A DNA stretch of 63,382 nt, counting the filler, from Rhabdomonas costata (taxonomy: Eukaryota), in assembly GCA_019059605.1 (NCBI GenBank). It is 44 parts of 44 records of this genome, joined end to end, with 100 filler letters (N's around TTAATTAATTAA, not from the genome) between each part and the next. Parts side by side here need not be neighbours in the genome. Positions count along the whole stretch, not along the records: positions 12,987 to 14,329 come from JAHMHO010018765.1; positions 14,430 to 15,772 come from JAHMHO010018766.1; positions 15,873 to 17,215 come from JAHMHO010018767.1; positions 17,316 to 18,658 come from JAHMHO010018768.1; positions 18,759 to 20,101 come from JAHMHO010018769.1; positions 20,202 to 21,544 come from JAHMHO010018770.1; positions 21,645 to 22,986 come from JAHMHO010018771.1; positions 23,087 to 24,426 come from JAHMHO010018772.1; 36 more parts are not named here. One strand, given 5' to 3'. Below the pieces are notes generated by a model, which did no database searches, was not told where the DNA came from, and worked only from the letters and a program-made list of their open reading frames with translations. The position numbers and the translations under genes are program-made. Of the stretch, positions 12,987 through 24,425 are shown one piece after another (within the stretch, counting starts at the first letter, position 1; every line of letters begins with the position of its first letter).

Positions 12987-14288
12987 GGGTGGTGGTGGAG
13001 TAAGCGATCTGGAGCTGGACGATGTGGTGGACGAGCGTGGGAAGCTCATTGGAACCCTGTTCCTGCACAAGCTCCACCAGATGCTACGGCTGCTGACCCC
13101 GCCTGGGAGCGGCGGGAGTGCTTCGCCAGTCAGCCTCCTGCAGAGGTCTGCCACTCAATGATTCTCTTTTTGCGCAAGAGTTGTGGTTCCATCTGAACAA
13201 TTGTTCACGCTGTTCATGAGATGACGCGCCGGTGCGGCGCGAACCTTCTTTGATTGGGACAGAGTGGCCAGGGTGCCATGGGGTGCAGTCCTCACTTCAC
13301 CTCTGTCCTGTGTGCGTTGAGCTCATATCTCACTGGCTGATAAGGAAGTTTCGGAGGCAGGTGGGAATTTGCTCACCGGTCTAGATGAGAAGAAGGGATT
13401 ATTCGATGTCGGAGACATCTGCTCACCATCCGCCAGCGCGCTATGTGCTCAACAAACACGCACGAACGCCGACATTTACGCATCCTTCCACTGCCGCAGG
13501 TGCCTGCGCTGCGACCGCCTATTTTGTGCCGATTGGGCCATCGGTGCTGCTGGTGGAGCTTCGGTTGGTCGAGGCACAGTGGGGGTCGGTGCCCTCCACG
13601 CCTCCGTGGCATTTCGCTGCCCGTGTGCTCCAGTTGCTGTTGGCCTTCATGGCGAGTTCGAAGCCCCACATTCTCCAGACCCACGCTTCGACGCGGGGCA
13701 GCACCTCCTCGGGTTGCGCTGGCAAGGGCTGCCATGGAAGGTGAGCTCAGTGGTTCCATTTCAGCGGATCTAGCCCTTCGACTCAGATCCAGATGCAGCA
13801 CACAATACCCAATACGCAACACACGCATATGCAGTATCGCTTACACGTCCCCTAATTTGTACTTGCTCTTCCACGCAAAGTTTTTTCACCAAAATTTCCT
13901 GGGGATGGACTCCGCCGCATGTGTGTCACCTTTTTGCGTACATCGTCACCTAAACCCTGCGAGACTAATACTATCATCCGCAGGCTCACCTAATCCCCTG
14001 CGAGGCCAAACAACCTCATTTTTCGACACGTGCACCGCCATCGAACCGCTTGCGAGACCAAATAATCATTTGGGACACACAATTGACGCATGCTCTGTCC
14101 GCATGCTACGCAGTTTGCTGTCACTGTGGCCCTTCAAACCACAGGAGATCTACTGGCGAGTTTGGGCGATGGTGATGGAGGCAAACTGCGCCCGCTGCGC
14201 GCAGAGTTTTCCTGTGCGCGAGCTTTGGTCGTGCAGCGGGAGTCAGCGGGCCTCCAAGGATCTGGGCTGCGATTCCCTCCTACGCGAG
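12987..14288 (+). CDS. SANBR/KIAA1841 (DUF3342-family) homologue, three exons (partial)
   Basis: Exons 12987-13145, 13500-13740 and 14145-14288 are GT-AG and in frame: ELDDVVDERGKLIGTLFLHKL..., LQRCLRCDRLF..., H.PDPRFD..., WKEIYWRVWA....CARCAQSFP. This resembles the recalled KIAA1841 stretch KDKFKSKLF...LYRC..C...WRDVYWRLWG...CSRC. Confidence 0.7.
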
Positions 14289-14697
14289 GTGAGTGTCGTG
14301 CACCCACGGCTTGCTTTTCTTCTGTCGGTNNNNNNNNNNNNNNNNNNNNNNNNNNNNNNNNNNNNNNNNNNNNTTAATTAATTAANNNNNNNNNNNNNNN
14401 NNNNNNNNNNNNNNNNNNNNNNNNNNNNNGTTGGGGGGGGTAACGAAAACCGCGCTTTTATGCGGATTTGAGGGATTTTTGAGGCTCTGGGGACGGATTT
14501 TGGGGCAAAAAAAAGCCTTCAAAAGGGGACATTTTGGCGACAAAAAGGGCTTCAAAAGGGGTGAAAATTAGGGAACTTCGGCCGCTTGGGTAAAGTGGTG
14601 ATTCGGTTGGTTGCAATAGCGGCAAACTGCGGGGAGGGGTCCCCCTTCCTCCAAGTAGGTGTAATACATAGTGGGATAAGCACCCTCGTTTGGTTAC

Positions 14698-14739
14698 GGG
14701 ACCCCTTAGCGCCGCGCGCCGCGCGCGCCCTTACTCGTC
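14698..14739 (+). mobile_element. Helitron-like 3' terminus (GC hairpin then ACTCGT)
   Basis: GGGACCCCTTAGCGCCGCGCGCCGCGCGCGCCCTTACTCGT, a near copy of the motif at 23095-23137 in another contig. Confidence 0.4.
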
Positions 14740-15367
14740 AGTCCCTCTAGTATAGCGCTAATTTTGGTTTCAGCTTCGCTACGCGCCGTGCGCGAATACA
14801 GCCCCAACTTGGTGTGTTTTCAAGATTCAAACATTGAAAGAAAAGGAAGTACGAAAGTACCTAGGATCTTGACCGCGAGCCCCTGGAGAATGCCTTCCAT
14901 TGAAATCCAAGGGGACACGTATCGCCTCCTAACCCCATGCAAAATCTTTTATTGGAAACGCAGGGGACACGTGAATCACTTCCTAACCCGCAAAAGTACA
15001 GCAAAAGTAGAGCAAGAGTAGCGATCTCTACACTAAAACTGAGAAACTGAGTGGCACCGCAACACCACAATCAGGGGGGGGGGCATCTATAGCCGGAAAG
15101 GAGACAAAAAAATGACTAGGTGGGCGAAATCGCTGCTTCTGCTGAGAGAGCCATGAAGCAAGTGTTGAGCAAGCAAGCACAAGGGGGGAAGAGTGTAGTG
15201 TCTTTACCTTTCCTTTTTTATTCGGGCACCAGAATTGGAAACTCCCTCTCACGCACACACAAATGTCCTTTGGGCTGACAAAAAAAGAGATGGGACGCCA
15301 TTGTCACCGGACAAAACTGACAAAGAGAATAGCAGAGCAGTGTGTGTGTGTGTGGGGGTGCCCATAC

Positions 15368-15754
15368 TCTGGCCACGTGGCTGATGCTGGCCAGGGCTTC
15401 CCCGCGGAACCCAAATGTTGCGATCCCACGAAGATCATCGAAGCTCCGCAGCTTGCTCGTGGTAAACCTCTCACACACGATGGACATATCCTCGGGCCGG
15501 ATACCGTGGCCATTGTCCTGGATCTGCAGTAGCTTCAGCCCCCCACCCCGAACCGTGACCGTGATCTGGGTCGCTCCCGCATCCAAGGAGTTCTCCAGGA
15601 GCTCTTTAAGCGCAGACGAGGGACGCTGCACAACCTCACCTGCGGCTATTCGATTGACAACGTCCGGGGGAAGCTTTTGAATCGCCGGAATCGCCGGGCC
15701 ATCACTTCCCACGACGGCTCCACAGGAGGATGTGCTGTGTTCATCCAAATCCAT
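15368..15754 (-). CDS. MLH1: DNA mismatch repair protein MLH1, first exon
   Basis: [34 protein letters not shown]...[15 protein letters not shown]...CERFTTSKL...[16 protein letters not shown], followed by a GT donor at 15367. Confidence 0.95.
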
Positions 15755-16059
15755 AGTGGTTTCCAAAACACANNNNNNNNNNNNNNNNNNNNNNNNNNNN
15801 NNNNNNNNNNNNNNNNTTAATTAATTAANNNNNNNNNNNNNNNNNNNNNNNNNNNNNNNNNNNNNNNNNNNNGGGGGTTTGGGAAATGAAAGGAAAGACC
15901 TGGAGTACTGACAAATGGAATGTTTTCCACAGGTTTGATCAGTTTTAACTGTCCAATAAACACATTCAACACCAATAAGGGAAACGTTTGCCACAGATCC
16001 AATTGGATGGACACGAGCGGTTGTAACAACGATAGTCTATTCCTTTTGCCAAAGAAAAT

Positions 16060-16250
16060 GCGGTACCACCGTCACCGCTGCTAAAAGACGTGCCGTGTCT
16101 TAACTGAAGCTTGTACTACTTGACCTGTTTGTATTGGTGGCCTGTAATTCGCCAGATGAAAGTCTGTTTGGTGTGTAAACAAGATCAAAGCTCTGCATCC
16201 ATTCCACTCCGCAAGTTTACTTCCTATAGCTCTTCCAAAACCCTTTGTCA
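16060..16250 (+). mobile_element. Decayed Ty3/gypsy integrase Zn-finger remnant
   Basis: YWWP...CLVCKQ followed, after a frameshift, by LLPIALPKPF. This matches the integrase HHCC/linker consensus. Confidence 0.45.
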
Positions 16251-17930
16251 TGCTAAAAGAAGAACGGAGAGGCACCCCCCAACATATTCTATAGCGCTAC
16301 CTTATGTTGTGGAGTCAAGCTTAAAAAGTGCAATGAACAAACAAACAGCCGTTATAAACGTCGTCGACAGCAAAGTGCACATACAGAGGCAAACATTAGA
16401 CAAAACTACAGCGTGGGAGCAAGACCATAACAAAAACAACACACAAAAAGACCCATATGTGAAAAGCACACCGAGACGACAAGCGACGTATAATATAGCA
16501 CGGCGGCATTGAGAAACGGAGCAGGCACAGCTTGGTGACTACTCAATCGTTATTTCTCATCCAAACAATCCGACTTGCGGTTTGACTCGCAATGGGTCTT
16601 TGAGGGGGGCCGGTTGAGGGGTTGGTGGATTTCGTTTGTTCACTGAATGAAGACACCAGCACCAGACGTTTTGGAGAAACGCAGAGAAAAGAACATCCTT
16701 ATCATTAATCTACAATTCGGAGAAGATGAATATACCGTTTGAAAGTGCGTTTGAAAGTATTTGCCACGTCTCTGATATTGACGTATTCCAATGAATCCGG
16801 TTGGATGCGGGTTAGCTTTCTTTACGCGGAACTTTGTTGGCATTGATACCTGACAGCCCAATACCGTAAAAAGAAGTATTCCCAAAGTGGCGTGATACGA
16901 CCTTCCGGTGCTTGCTCGGTGGATCATCGTGAGATCTATCATTTCCACTACCCAACCTTCGGAAAGAACCCGCCAAAACAGATCCAAAAACAGCTCCCGG
17001 CATAAATCCGGGCTGGTATCCCCATAAGCATGCCGGACGGCACCGAGGAAAAGAGCATGCCGGCAGGAGGCCCTCCTGCCTTGGTTTCCTTGGCGGGCAA
17101 AACCCGCGAAAAATAACCAGAAAAACCCTGTAAAACGAAGCTTTTCCTACCCTGCAAAACACAATCCAGCAGGCAAAGGAGCCCATATTTACATTACATT
17201 AAGACCACAAAACCANNNNNNNNNNNNNNNNNNNNNNNNNNNNNNNNNNNNNNNNNNNNTTAATTAATTAANNNNNNNNNNNNNNNNNNNNNNNNNNNNN
17301 NNNNNNNNNNNNNNNGGGATGTATTTGCAACCCAACACGAAATGCAGTGAGGAATGCAAAGGTGGCCAAGGGGTCCGTGGGGAGAATCTAAAGGGTGGGT
17401 GTGGGTCCCCATGATGCAAAACTTGTTAAAAACGTCCTGAAAACGTGTGCTAAAGTATCGCAACGCTTTGCTGATGAGATCACTTGGGTTGAATCATTCT
17501 CGAGCCTCTCAATTCATGTGAGGTTGTGTTACTTTTTTTTTCACTTTTTTTTAAGGAACAGCGGCAATTGCTGCTCTTTGAGTGCAATGGTGAATCATAA
17601 AGCGCTTTTGCATTTGCTGAGCTCTTTTGGGAGAAACGTTTGTTTTGCAAACATCGGAAATGACCCTTTTCTTTGGTGTGCCAGAAATGACACCAGCCGG
17701 GCATTTTGGCGTTGCAAATTTCCAGAACAGTGTCAGAGTGTTTAGAATGCTATTTGCACGGCAGAAAAGCCCGAGGCGCTTCAGCTTCAGCCCCCATGGG
17801 AGAGGTTATATCGATTTTTAAAAAAACATAGTTATATCGAAGATATGCTTAAAACCCGTTTGGGCGGATTCGGGGCCGTCAAAGGTATCACCCCTTCTAC
17901 CGGAAAGACGACCCGGTGGCCTCTGTGCAG

Positions 17931-18165
17931 TCCCGGATGGCCTCTGGGCAGCACGACGGGCTTCCCGCCCTGCGCCAGGGCTCGGTGGAAGCCTGCGCGC
18001 TGGTGCTGCCCATGCTGTACCCGTTTCCCTCGGCCCGGCCCCTGGCAAGAGAGGCCCTAGGGCACCCCTTCTTCTGGACTGCGGACCGCCGGCTGAGGTT
18101 CATGTTCGACTTCGGGGAGTACCTCGGGGAGGAGAGGATCGTCGCCCCAACCGCCGCAACCAGCA
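17931..18165 (+). CDS. IRE1/RNase L-like kinase C-lobe to KEN junction exon
   Basis: After a CAG acceptor: EACALVLPMLYPFPSARPLAREALGHPFFWTADRRLRFMFDFGEYL. HPFFW...RL.F..D is the IRE1 kinase-KEN signature. The 3' exon boundary is uncertain. Confidence 0.65.
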
Positions 18166-18761
18166 GTGCAGGCTCTTCTCACCCCCCCCCCCCCCCCCAT
18201 TTTGCGCTTATTTAATTTGCTTGCTTTCGTTTGGAACAGCAATTCCGCACTTGAAAAGAGGATGCACAGAGGAGGTGCAGGTCATATCAATCATAACCAC
18301 TTGACCACCTTACATTCTCCATAAGTCCTTCCATTTTCCTTTCCAACCAAATAATTTATGCCTCTGTACGCTGCTGCCGTGACTCTTATTTCGACTATTT
18401 TTTATACAAAAAATGTTCAGGAACTCCAAAAATTATTTCCTTCACTAAATTTTATTTGGGGCCTTGCTTGGAAACCTGATCATGTTTTCGCTGTAGATGT
18501 GTAATTGTGAAGAAAAATTGTGAAAGAAGAAGAAGAACCTGGTCTTCGGGAACTTTGTGGCTTTTGCATGCTTGTGCTGCGTAGCCCTTGCGAAGGAAGA
18601 GCGGAGCTACGCACGAGTGCTGCAGCAGCTGGAATCACCCTCTACGGTACCCCAACACNNNNNNNNNNNNNNNNNNNNNNNNNNNNNNNNNNNNNNNNNN
18701 NNTTAATTAATTAANNNNNNNNNNNNNNNNNNNNNNNNNNNNNNNNNNNNNNNNNNNNGGG

Positions 18762-18969
18762 TTGAAGTTGCGGTGATGGGGAAATAACCAACTACTACGG
18801 GTACGCCTTCGTGATTCAGAACCCAAGTGAGGCAAGATTCGAAGCGTAGCGGATTAGGAGATCTGGATCGCTCTCGGTGAGCTCCACTTCGAATCTTGCC
18901 TCACTTGGGTTCTGAATCACGAAGGCGTACCCGTAGTAGTTGGTTATTTCCCCATCACCGCAACTTCAA
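18762..18969. repeat. Perfect 83-bp inverted repeat (fold-back) at contig start
   Basis: 18762-18844 is the reverse complement of 18887-18969. Probably an amplification chimera. Confidence 0.9.
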
Positions 18970-21900
18970 TCCCCGTAACTCAGCGGTTGGAGCAAGCCGT
19001 AGCCCCTCAGCAGCATCAAGTCATCACGTGGTGGTCGCTGCCCCTCTGACACCCATCACGTTAATACATTGAGTGTAGTAACACGAGGTGAGTAATGTTG
19101 AGGTTACCACTGCAGCGGCCACCCGACAGTAGCGATTTCAGCTTGGTTGCATCGTGGCATACAGCATGGTAGCCCTCTCACACCCTGGCTGGGTCATCAC
19201 TTCCACTACTGCATCAACGTCATGCATAGGGTTAGCCTCACTTTTCACTCTCACATCATGGTGGTGGAGTGGGTGATGTTGCCCAGCTGTACCATGGCAT
19301 CGGTGGGGTGGTTCGGGTGATGTAAGCAGTGAAGTTTGGCATTGACCACTGGAGCAGTGTCGTTGCGTGTCCTGTGCTTGGGGTGGTTGTGCGGATCCGG
19401 TGCAACCACTTTACCACTGTACACCATCACCAAGAGGAGCATGTAGCAGCCCTCTGTCACCTGATGCATTGTACGGTCAGCACTGTATGGTGGGTCATGC
19501 ACCTCCTAGCTATGGGTTCGTGGCCCAGTAGTGGTGTGTGTCATGCCTCTACTCCAACGGTGCATCACAGTGTGGATCATCTACTACATGAGGTTATGTT
19601 TACCATATAGTGTAGTGTAGTGCATAGCATGACCGTATCCTTCACCACGAACCGTGCGGGCACCCAACCACTGGAGAATGTCAGTCATTGCCACTACGTG
19701 TGGTTAACCTGGACAGCTCACATCCATCTGAATCCACCGCTAGCGTAAGAGTTTGAGTAGTGTGCTCCCTCTTGGTATGGCGTCACCGTCTGTGGGTTTA
19801 TGTCGTAGCCTGGCCACTACGCAGGGTATCTCACTGTGACGTCATGCGATATATGCGGTATGGGGTCACTGTGACGGTGTGACCCACTGTCAGTATACAT
19901 GTGATACCCTGTCACCTTACACACTTAGCCTCTGACACCCATCATGCTGTAGGGTTGCCGTAGCAGTGGGTTGATGCTGTGAGTGTTGGCATCTCAGGGT
20001 GGTTGTCAGCATCGGTCATTTCGCCCTCGGCGGGCTCCACTTCGGATGTTGTACCCTGAGGGCTTCCACCGGTAGGCATCACGACTACCAGGTTGTCCCT
20101 CNNNNNNNNNNNNNNNNNNNNNNNNNNNNNNNNNNNNNNNNNNNNTTAATTAATTAANNNNNNNNNNNNNNNNNNNNNNNNNNNNNNNNNNNNNNNNNNN
20201 NTTCCCCCCCCCCCAGTCTTCAGTTGGAGTCTCAGAGAGGGCACGTGCATCGCCTCTAAAACCCTATTGTAATTCCTGGGGATATAAGCCCGAAAGGTTT
20301 TTGGGAGAAAGCCCCCGAAGAAAACTTCTCCCGAAGAGGGGGCCCAAAGCAATTGCCTTTTTTTGGCTTGTGTGTTTTTCGGTTCCAGATACTTCCCCCC
20401 CATCATCACCCCACGTCCAATACTGCTCATTGTGAAAATTGAACGAGACAAGGCGAAAAACGTTGAAGGCTGGTGCTGTTTTGATGGCGATGGGTGTGAG
20501 GAAGCAGCACGAGCCCTGAAGAAGAGAACCGCTATTTCATTTCACATTCACACACAGGTGCCGCACCCGGGGACGGATTATGGGCAGCGCCAGGGCGGAG
20601 GAGGGGCTGGGCAAGGCCGAGGCCTTCCGCCCTACGGACCTCCTGCTGGGCCTCGTAGGGGACTCCCTGGAGAGTAACCCCTTGCTGAGGACGATCTCCG
20701 CGGTGGTGGCGGGGACCCCTCCTTCTACTGGAGCCGAGAAAACAGACGCCACAAAGGACACAGTTTTACTGCCATCTGGGGAGCTGGTGGACCTCCTCCT
20801 GCTCTGTGCGTGTTCCCTCCCCCACCCCCGCCGCCAAATAGGAAGCCCCATTGGATGAGTCGGGGGTCGCTCTGCCGCCGCTATATGATGTTTTCCCGTC
20901 GCTTTCCGGTCTCGCATGAATCACAGCCAGTTTATTCTTTGTCTTGCCGGCCGCGTGACCGTGCCTTGTGTTATCGCCTTTTCCACGGCGTGCGCGTGAG
21001 CGAAAACAGAAGTTATCGAAGAAAACCGCTTCTACACAAAGAAAGCATCAAGCTCACACTGGCGCTTGCTTGCTTCGTTGCCCCACACATGCTCATCAGA
21101 AAGGACATTGAACGTTGGGGGGTGGGGGCTACACCGCTAAGCACCACCAAATGACAACTCTTGAGCTATCCGGAATCCTGTATGCAGCTCCGCTCAGCCC
21201 TTCAGAACCATTTTTGTGAAAGGGGAGCATCTGTCTTCCTAATCCTTGTTGGCATTGTACTTGTACTTGTCCTCGTCTTTTCTTTTGTTTATGCCTATTT
21301 TTCTATTTTAGCCGAGAGCTGGGGGCAGACAGCACTTCAGCAAATGCGCTCGGTAATGAGCAATCTCGGCCGCACTGCTACACTCAAAAGTTCCCCATTT
21401 CACGCACACACACACACACAAAAAAAAAGAGGCCCGCGGGACTCATTCTGATAGGACGTACGATCACGGGCTGTGCAGTGTGCGCGAGAAGGATGTCTAT
21501 GGGGACGACAACCCTGACGAGAACTTATTCGCTAACCCACCAACNNNNNNNNNNNNNNNNNNNNNNNNNNNNNNNNNNNNNNNNNNNNTTAATTAATTAA
21601 NNNNNNNNNNNNNNNNNNNNNNNNNNNNNNNNNNNNNNNNNNNNGGTGTTTTGGGGATCATTGATATTGGTGCCCTGACGAAGCGTTGCTGTTGATCTGC
21701 TTCTCTTGGGTCTTGTGAAAGCCGTTTGAGAAAAAGGAAGCATGTCTGTCAATGCTCCGGTTAAGGTAGTGTATTCTTCTGCAAAAACATGTGCTTGTCA
21801 TATTCAATTTTGGACTCCAGGCCCCGTAGGGACCTCGCTCTGACCGTTGCTGCTGCTTTCACTGTTGATATGCCTAGCCCAGCCAGCTTTCACCCAAAGC

Positions 21901-23094
21901 AGCCAGGCCCCTGGTTCTCATGAATTCGGCTCTGGCCCAAGGCATCGTTCCGGACCCCGCCAATCGCTCGCTATTTTGTTACTGCTATGCATGTCTACTT
22001 TGTGGAGCTCGTGCCTCCTCTCCCCTTCATTGCCTCTCCGCCCTTTCCACAGGCAGCTCACAAGGCCCTGACTTCATTGTCGCCCTTCCCCAGCTATAGC
22101 CTTCTGCTCTACCCCGCGGCCCCCGCTCGTGTGGGAGCTCCAGTTTCTGCTCCCCGTCCCACTGAGGTTGTTCAGCAACACACACACACACACACACAAA
22201 CAAACACAGACATGTGTTTGTATGTGTTTGTACGCTGGCTTTCGGATTCCTATTGGGACATTTGCAGCCACACTCACGCAGACACTCCCCCGTCATGGAT
22301 TGTTTTCTTTGGCAAATGCTAACACTCTACTCAGAGCTTAGTTCTGGATAAGCTGGTACCCCGTTGTACACACCAGAACCACGCTGTTCTGCTTGGGTCT
22401 GAGCCTGTGCCCCCTTTTCTTTATTGGATTTCCTGCACCCCAAAACGGGCTTCGCTGTGAACTTTTGAATTGAATAGAGCTTTAAACTGCCCTACGCTGA
22501 ATTTCGAACTGGTTGAGCTTTGAACTCTGAATTCTGAATTGAGCTTTTGCCCAGTCTTCAAGGATACAAGGATATGATATGATATCTGAGTTTTTGATGG
22601 TTTTGATGGTTCTGTGAATTTAACTGCCCTGATTAAAGTATGCCTATTATTATTGCCCTACGTTGAACTTTGAGCAATGAGCTTTGAACTGAATTGACTT
22701 TTGAGCACCCCCACATTGAACTCTGAGGTCGATGCAACCCTGCCTATGCAATTTCGGTGCAACCCCATTCTCGACTGAAAGTCTCTCATAGTTCTTCTTG
22801 GGTCCACCTTGTGAGAAGAAGGGGGGACAAGAGCGATTGTGCCGGAATGACGGGGGCTGCATGTTTTTTTTGGGTAACCTTCCAGATCGTCCCCATATCC
22901 CCCGAGAATTGCCCCTCCACCTCGGCCGCGACTGCTGCAGTCCCTGAGGACCCGCCCGGAGCCTCCCAGCTCCTTCCCCACACCACNNNNNNNNNNNNNN
23001 NNNNNNNNNNNNNNNNNNNNNNNNNNNNNNTTAATTAATTAANNNNNNNNNNNNNNNNNNNNNNNNNNNNNNNNNNNNNNNNNNNNGTTGTTGG

Positions 23095-23137
23095 GGGACC
23101 CTTAGCGCTGCGCCCGGCGCGCAGCGCCCATACTTGT
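23095..23137 (+). mobile_element. Helitron-like 3' terminus (9-bp GC stem then ACTTGT)
   Basis: A GCGCTGCGC-ccggc-GCGCAGCGC stem is followed by CCATACTTGT. It shares the GGGACCC..TTAGCG leader with 14698-14739. Confidence 0.45.
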
Positions 23138-23211
23138 CTATTCTCTGCCCTGCCATTCAGGCCGGCATTTTTTGTGCCTATCCGACATATACTCGCCGAA
23201 GAGCAACCACT

Positions 23212-23820
23212 ATGCACGGCAGTACCTGTACCCCTGCCAGCGTGCCACCCGCTGGGGAGGCGTCTCCTCTGTGGTGTGTGTGGTCCGACACCTGGGACAC
23301 CCTGGGGGATCACCCCCAGCAGTCCAGCCTAGAGCTCCTGCAGCGGTGCGGCAGCCCCGCGGCGTTCCTCCAAGAGCTGTGCCAGCGGTCCCCCTCGAAG
23401 CTTTTGGACTGCACCAGCGTGCACATCTTCGTAGAAGGGGTGCAGCCGACCTACGAGGACCCCACTAACCGCCCCGGAGGGCACTTCAAGCTGAGCGCGA
23501 GCACGATCCCGGCGGCGGAGCTGCTGTGGGCCACACTGGGCCAGGCGTTGCTGCTGCGCCAGCTGCCAAGGATGGAGAAGGTCGTCGGGATCAGCGCCTT
23601 CCGCAAGCAAAGGGCCAACTTCGCGGTGAAGGTGTGGCTGAGGGACTCGCTGGACAAGACCCACATCGGAGAAGTCCGCGAGTACCTCACCTCCGTGCTG
23701 GACCACTCCTGGTTCAACTTCATCCGCTTTTGCTCTCATCGCTTCATTCTGCAGACCCTAGAGAAGCAGAAATCCCACCAGCTGCGCCGCCGCCGCAGCA
23801 GCAGCACACTCCATCCTCGC
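23212..23820 (+). CDS. Divergent eIF4E-family cap-binding protein (first exon; probable second exon ~24090-24243)
   Basis: WCVW...HIFVEGVQPTYEDPTNRPGGHF...LLW...VVGISAFRK...VKVWL...RFCSH aligns with the eIF4E core. GT at 23821. Confidence 0.85.
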
Positions 23821-24288
23821 GTTCGGTTCCGATTTTTTGCCCGGGTCTCGGTACCTGTGCACAGGATCCTTCCCTCATTCGGCAACCTGTTACACTACCG
23901 TTCCCATCCCTGGCCTTTCCTCCGCTGATTCTTGCCGACATTTCTGGAGAGGTACTCGCTGTTTTTATGTTTAGTCTTGGGTATTGGGTCTCCTCCACCT
24001 TCCATCTCTTCATTTTGAACTTGCTGGAAATTTTTGAAATCTGTGTTTTGAAGGGTGCTGCAATCTCCATTCCTTTCTCCGCCTTCAGGATGCAAAAGCA
24101 GCTGTTGCGCGCGCAGTCGCCGCAAGACGCGCGGGTTTTACGAGGCCCCGTTCTCTCCAGAAATGCCCGGAAGCAGAAGCGGCTGCGGAGACGGGGACGA
24201 TTGGCGCGGCGGTGCAGCCGTCAGTTGGCTGCCCGCCTGCAGGTGGATACACTCTCACTTCCTGTCCCTCTGAGTTGGGTTGTCTTTT

Positions 24289-24425
24289 TGTTGTGATGTT
24301 GTATATGTCTGTACACAAACGCCGCCGTCACCCTCCCCCGTGCCATCTGCTCACCACAGTCACTATAGGGCACGGGGGAGGGTGACGGCGGCGTTTGTGT
24401 ACAGACATATACAACACCACAACAA
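24289..24425. repeat. Terminal fold-back inverted repeat (arms about 56 bp)
   Basis: TTGTTGTGATGTTG...CCCCCGTGCC is mirrored by GGCACGGGGG...CAACACCACAACAA at the contig end. Confidence 0.9.

Noticed and set aside
18762-18969. Long perfect hairpins at contig ends (also 24289-24425, 34636-34862, 49064-49161, 43291-43620) as ncRNAs, MITEs or hairpin telomeres
   Set aside because: They always abut a contig end and primer-like G/T tails, and they occur in host and viral contigs alike. This is typical of amplification fold-back chimeras.
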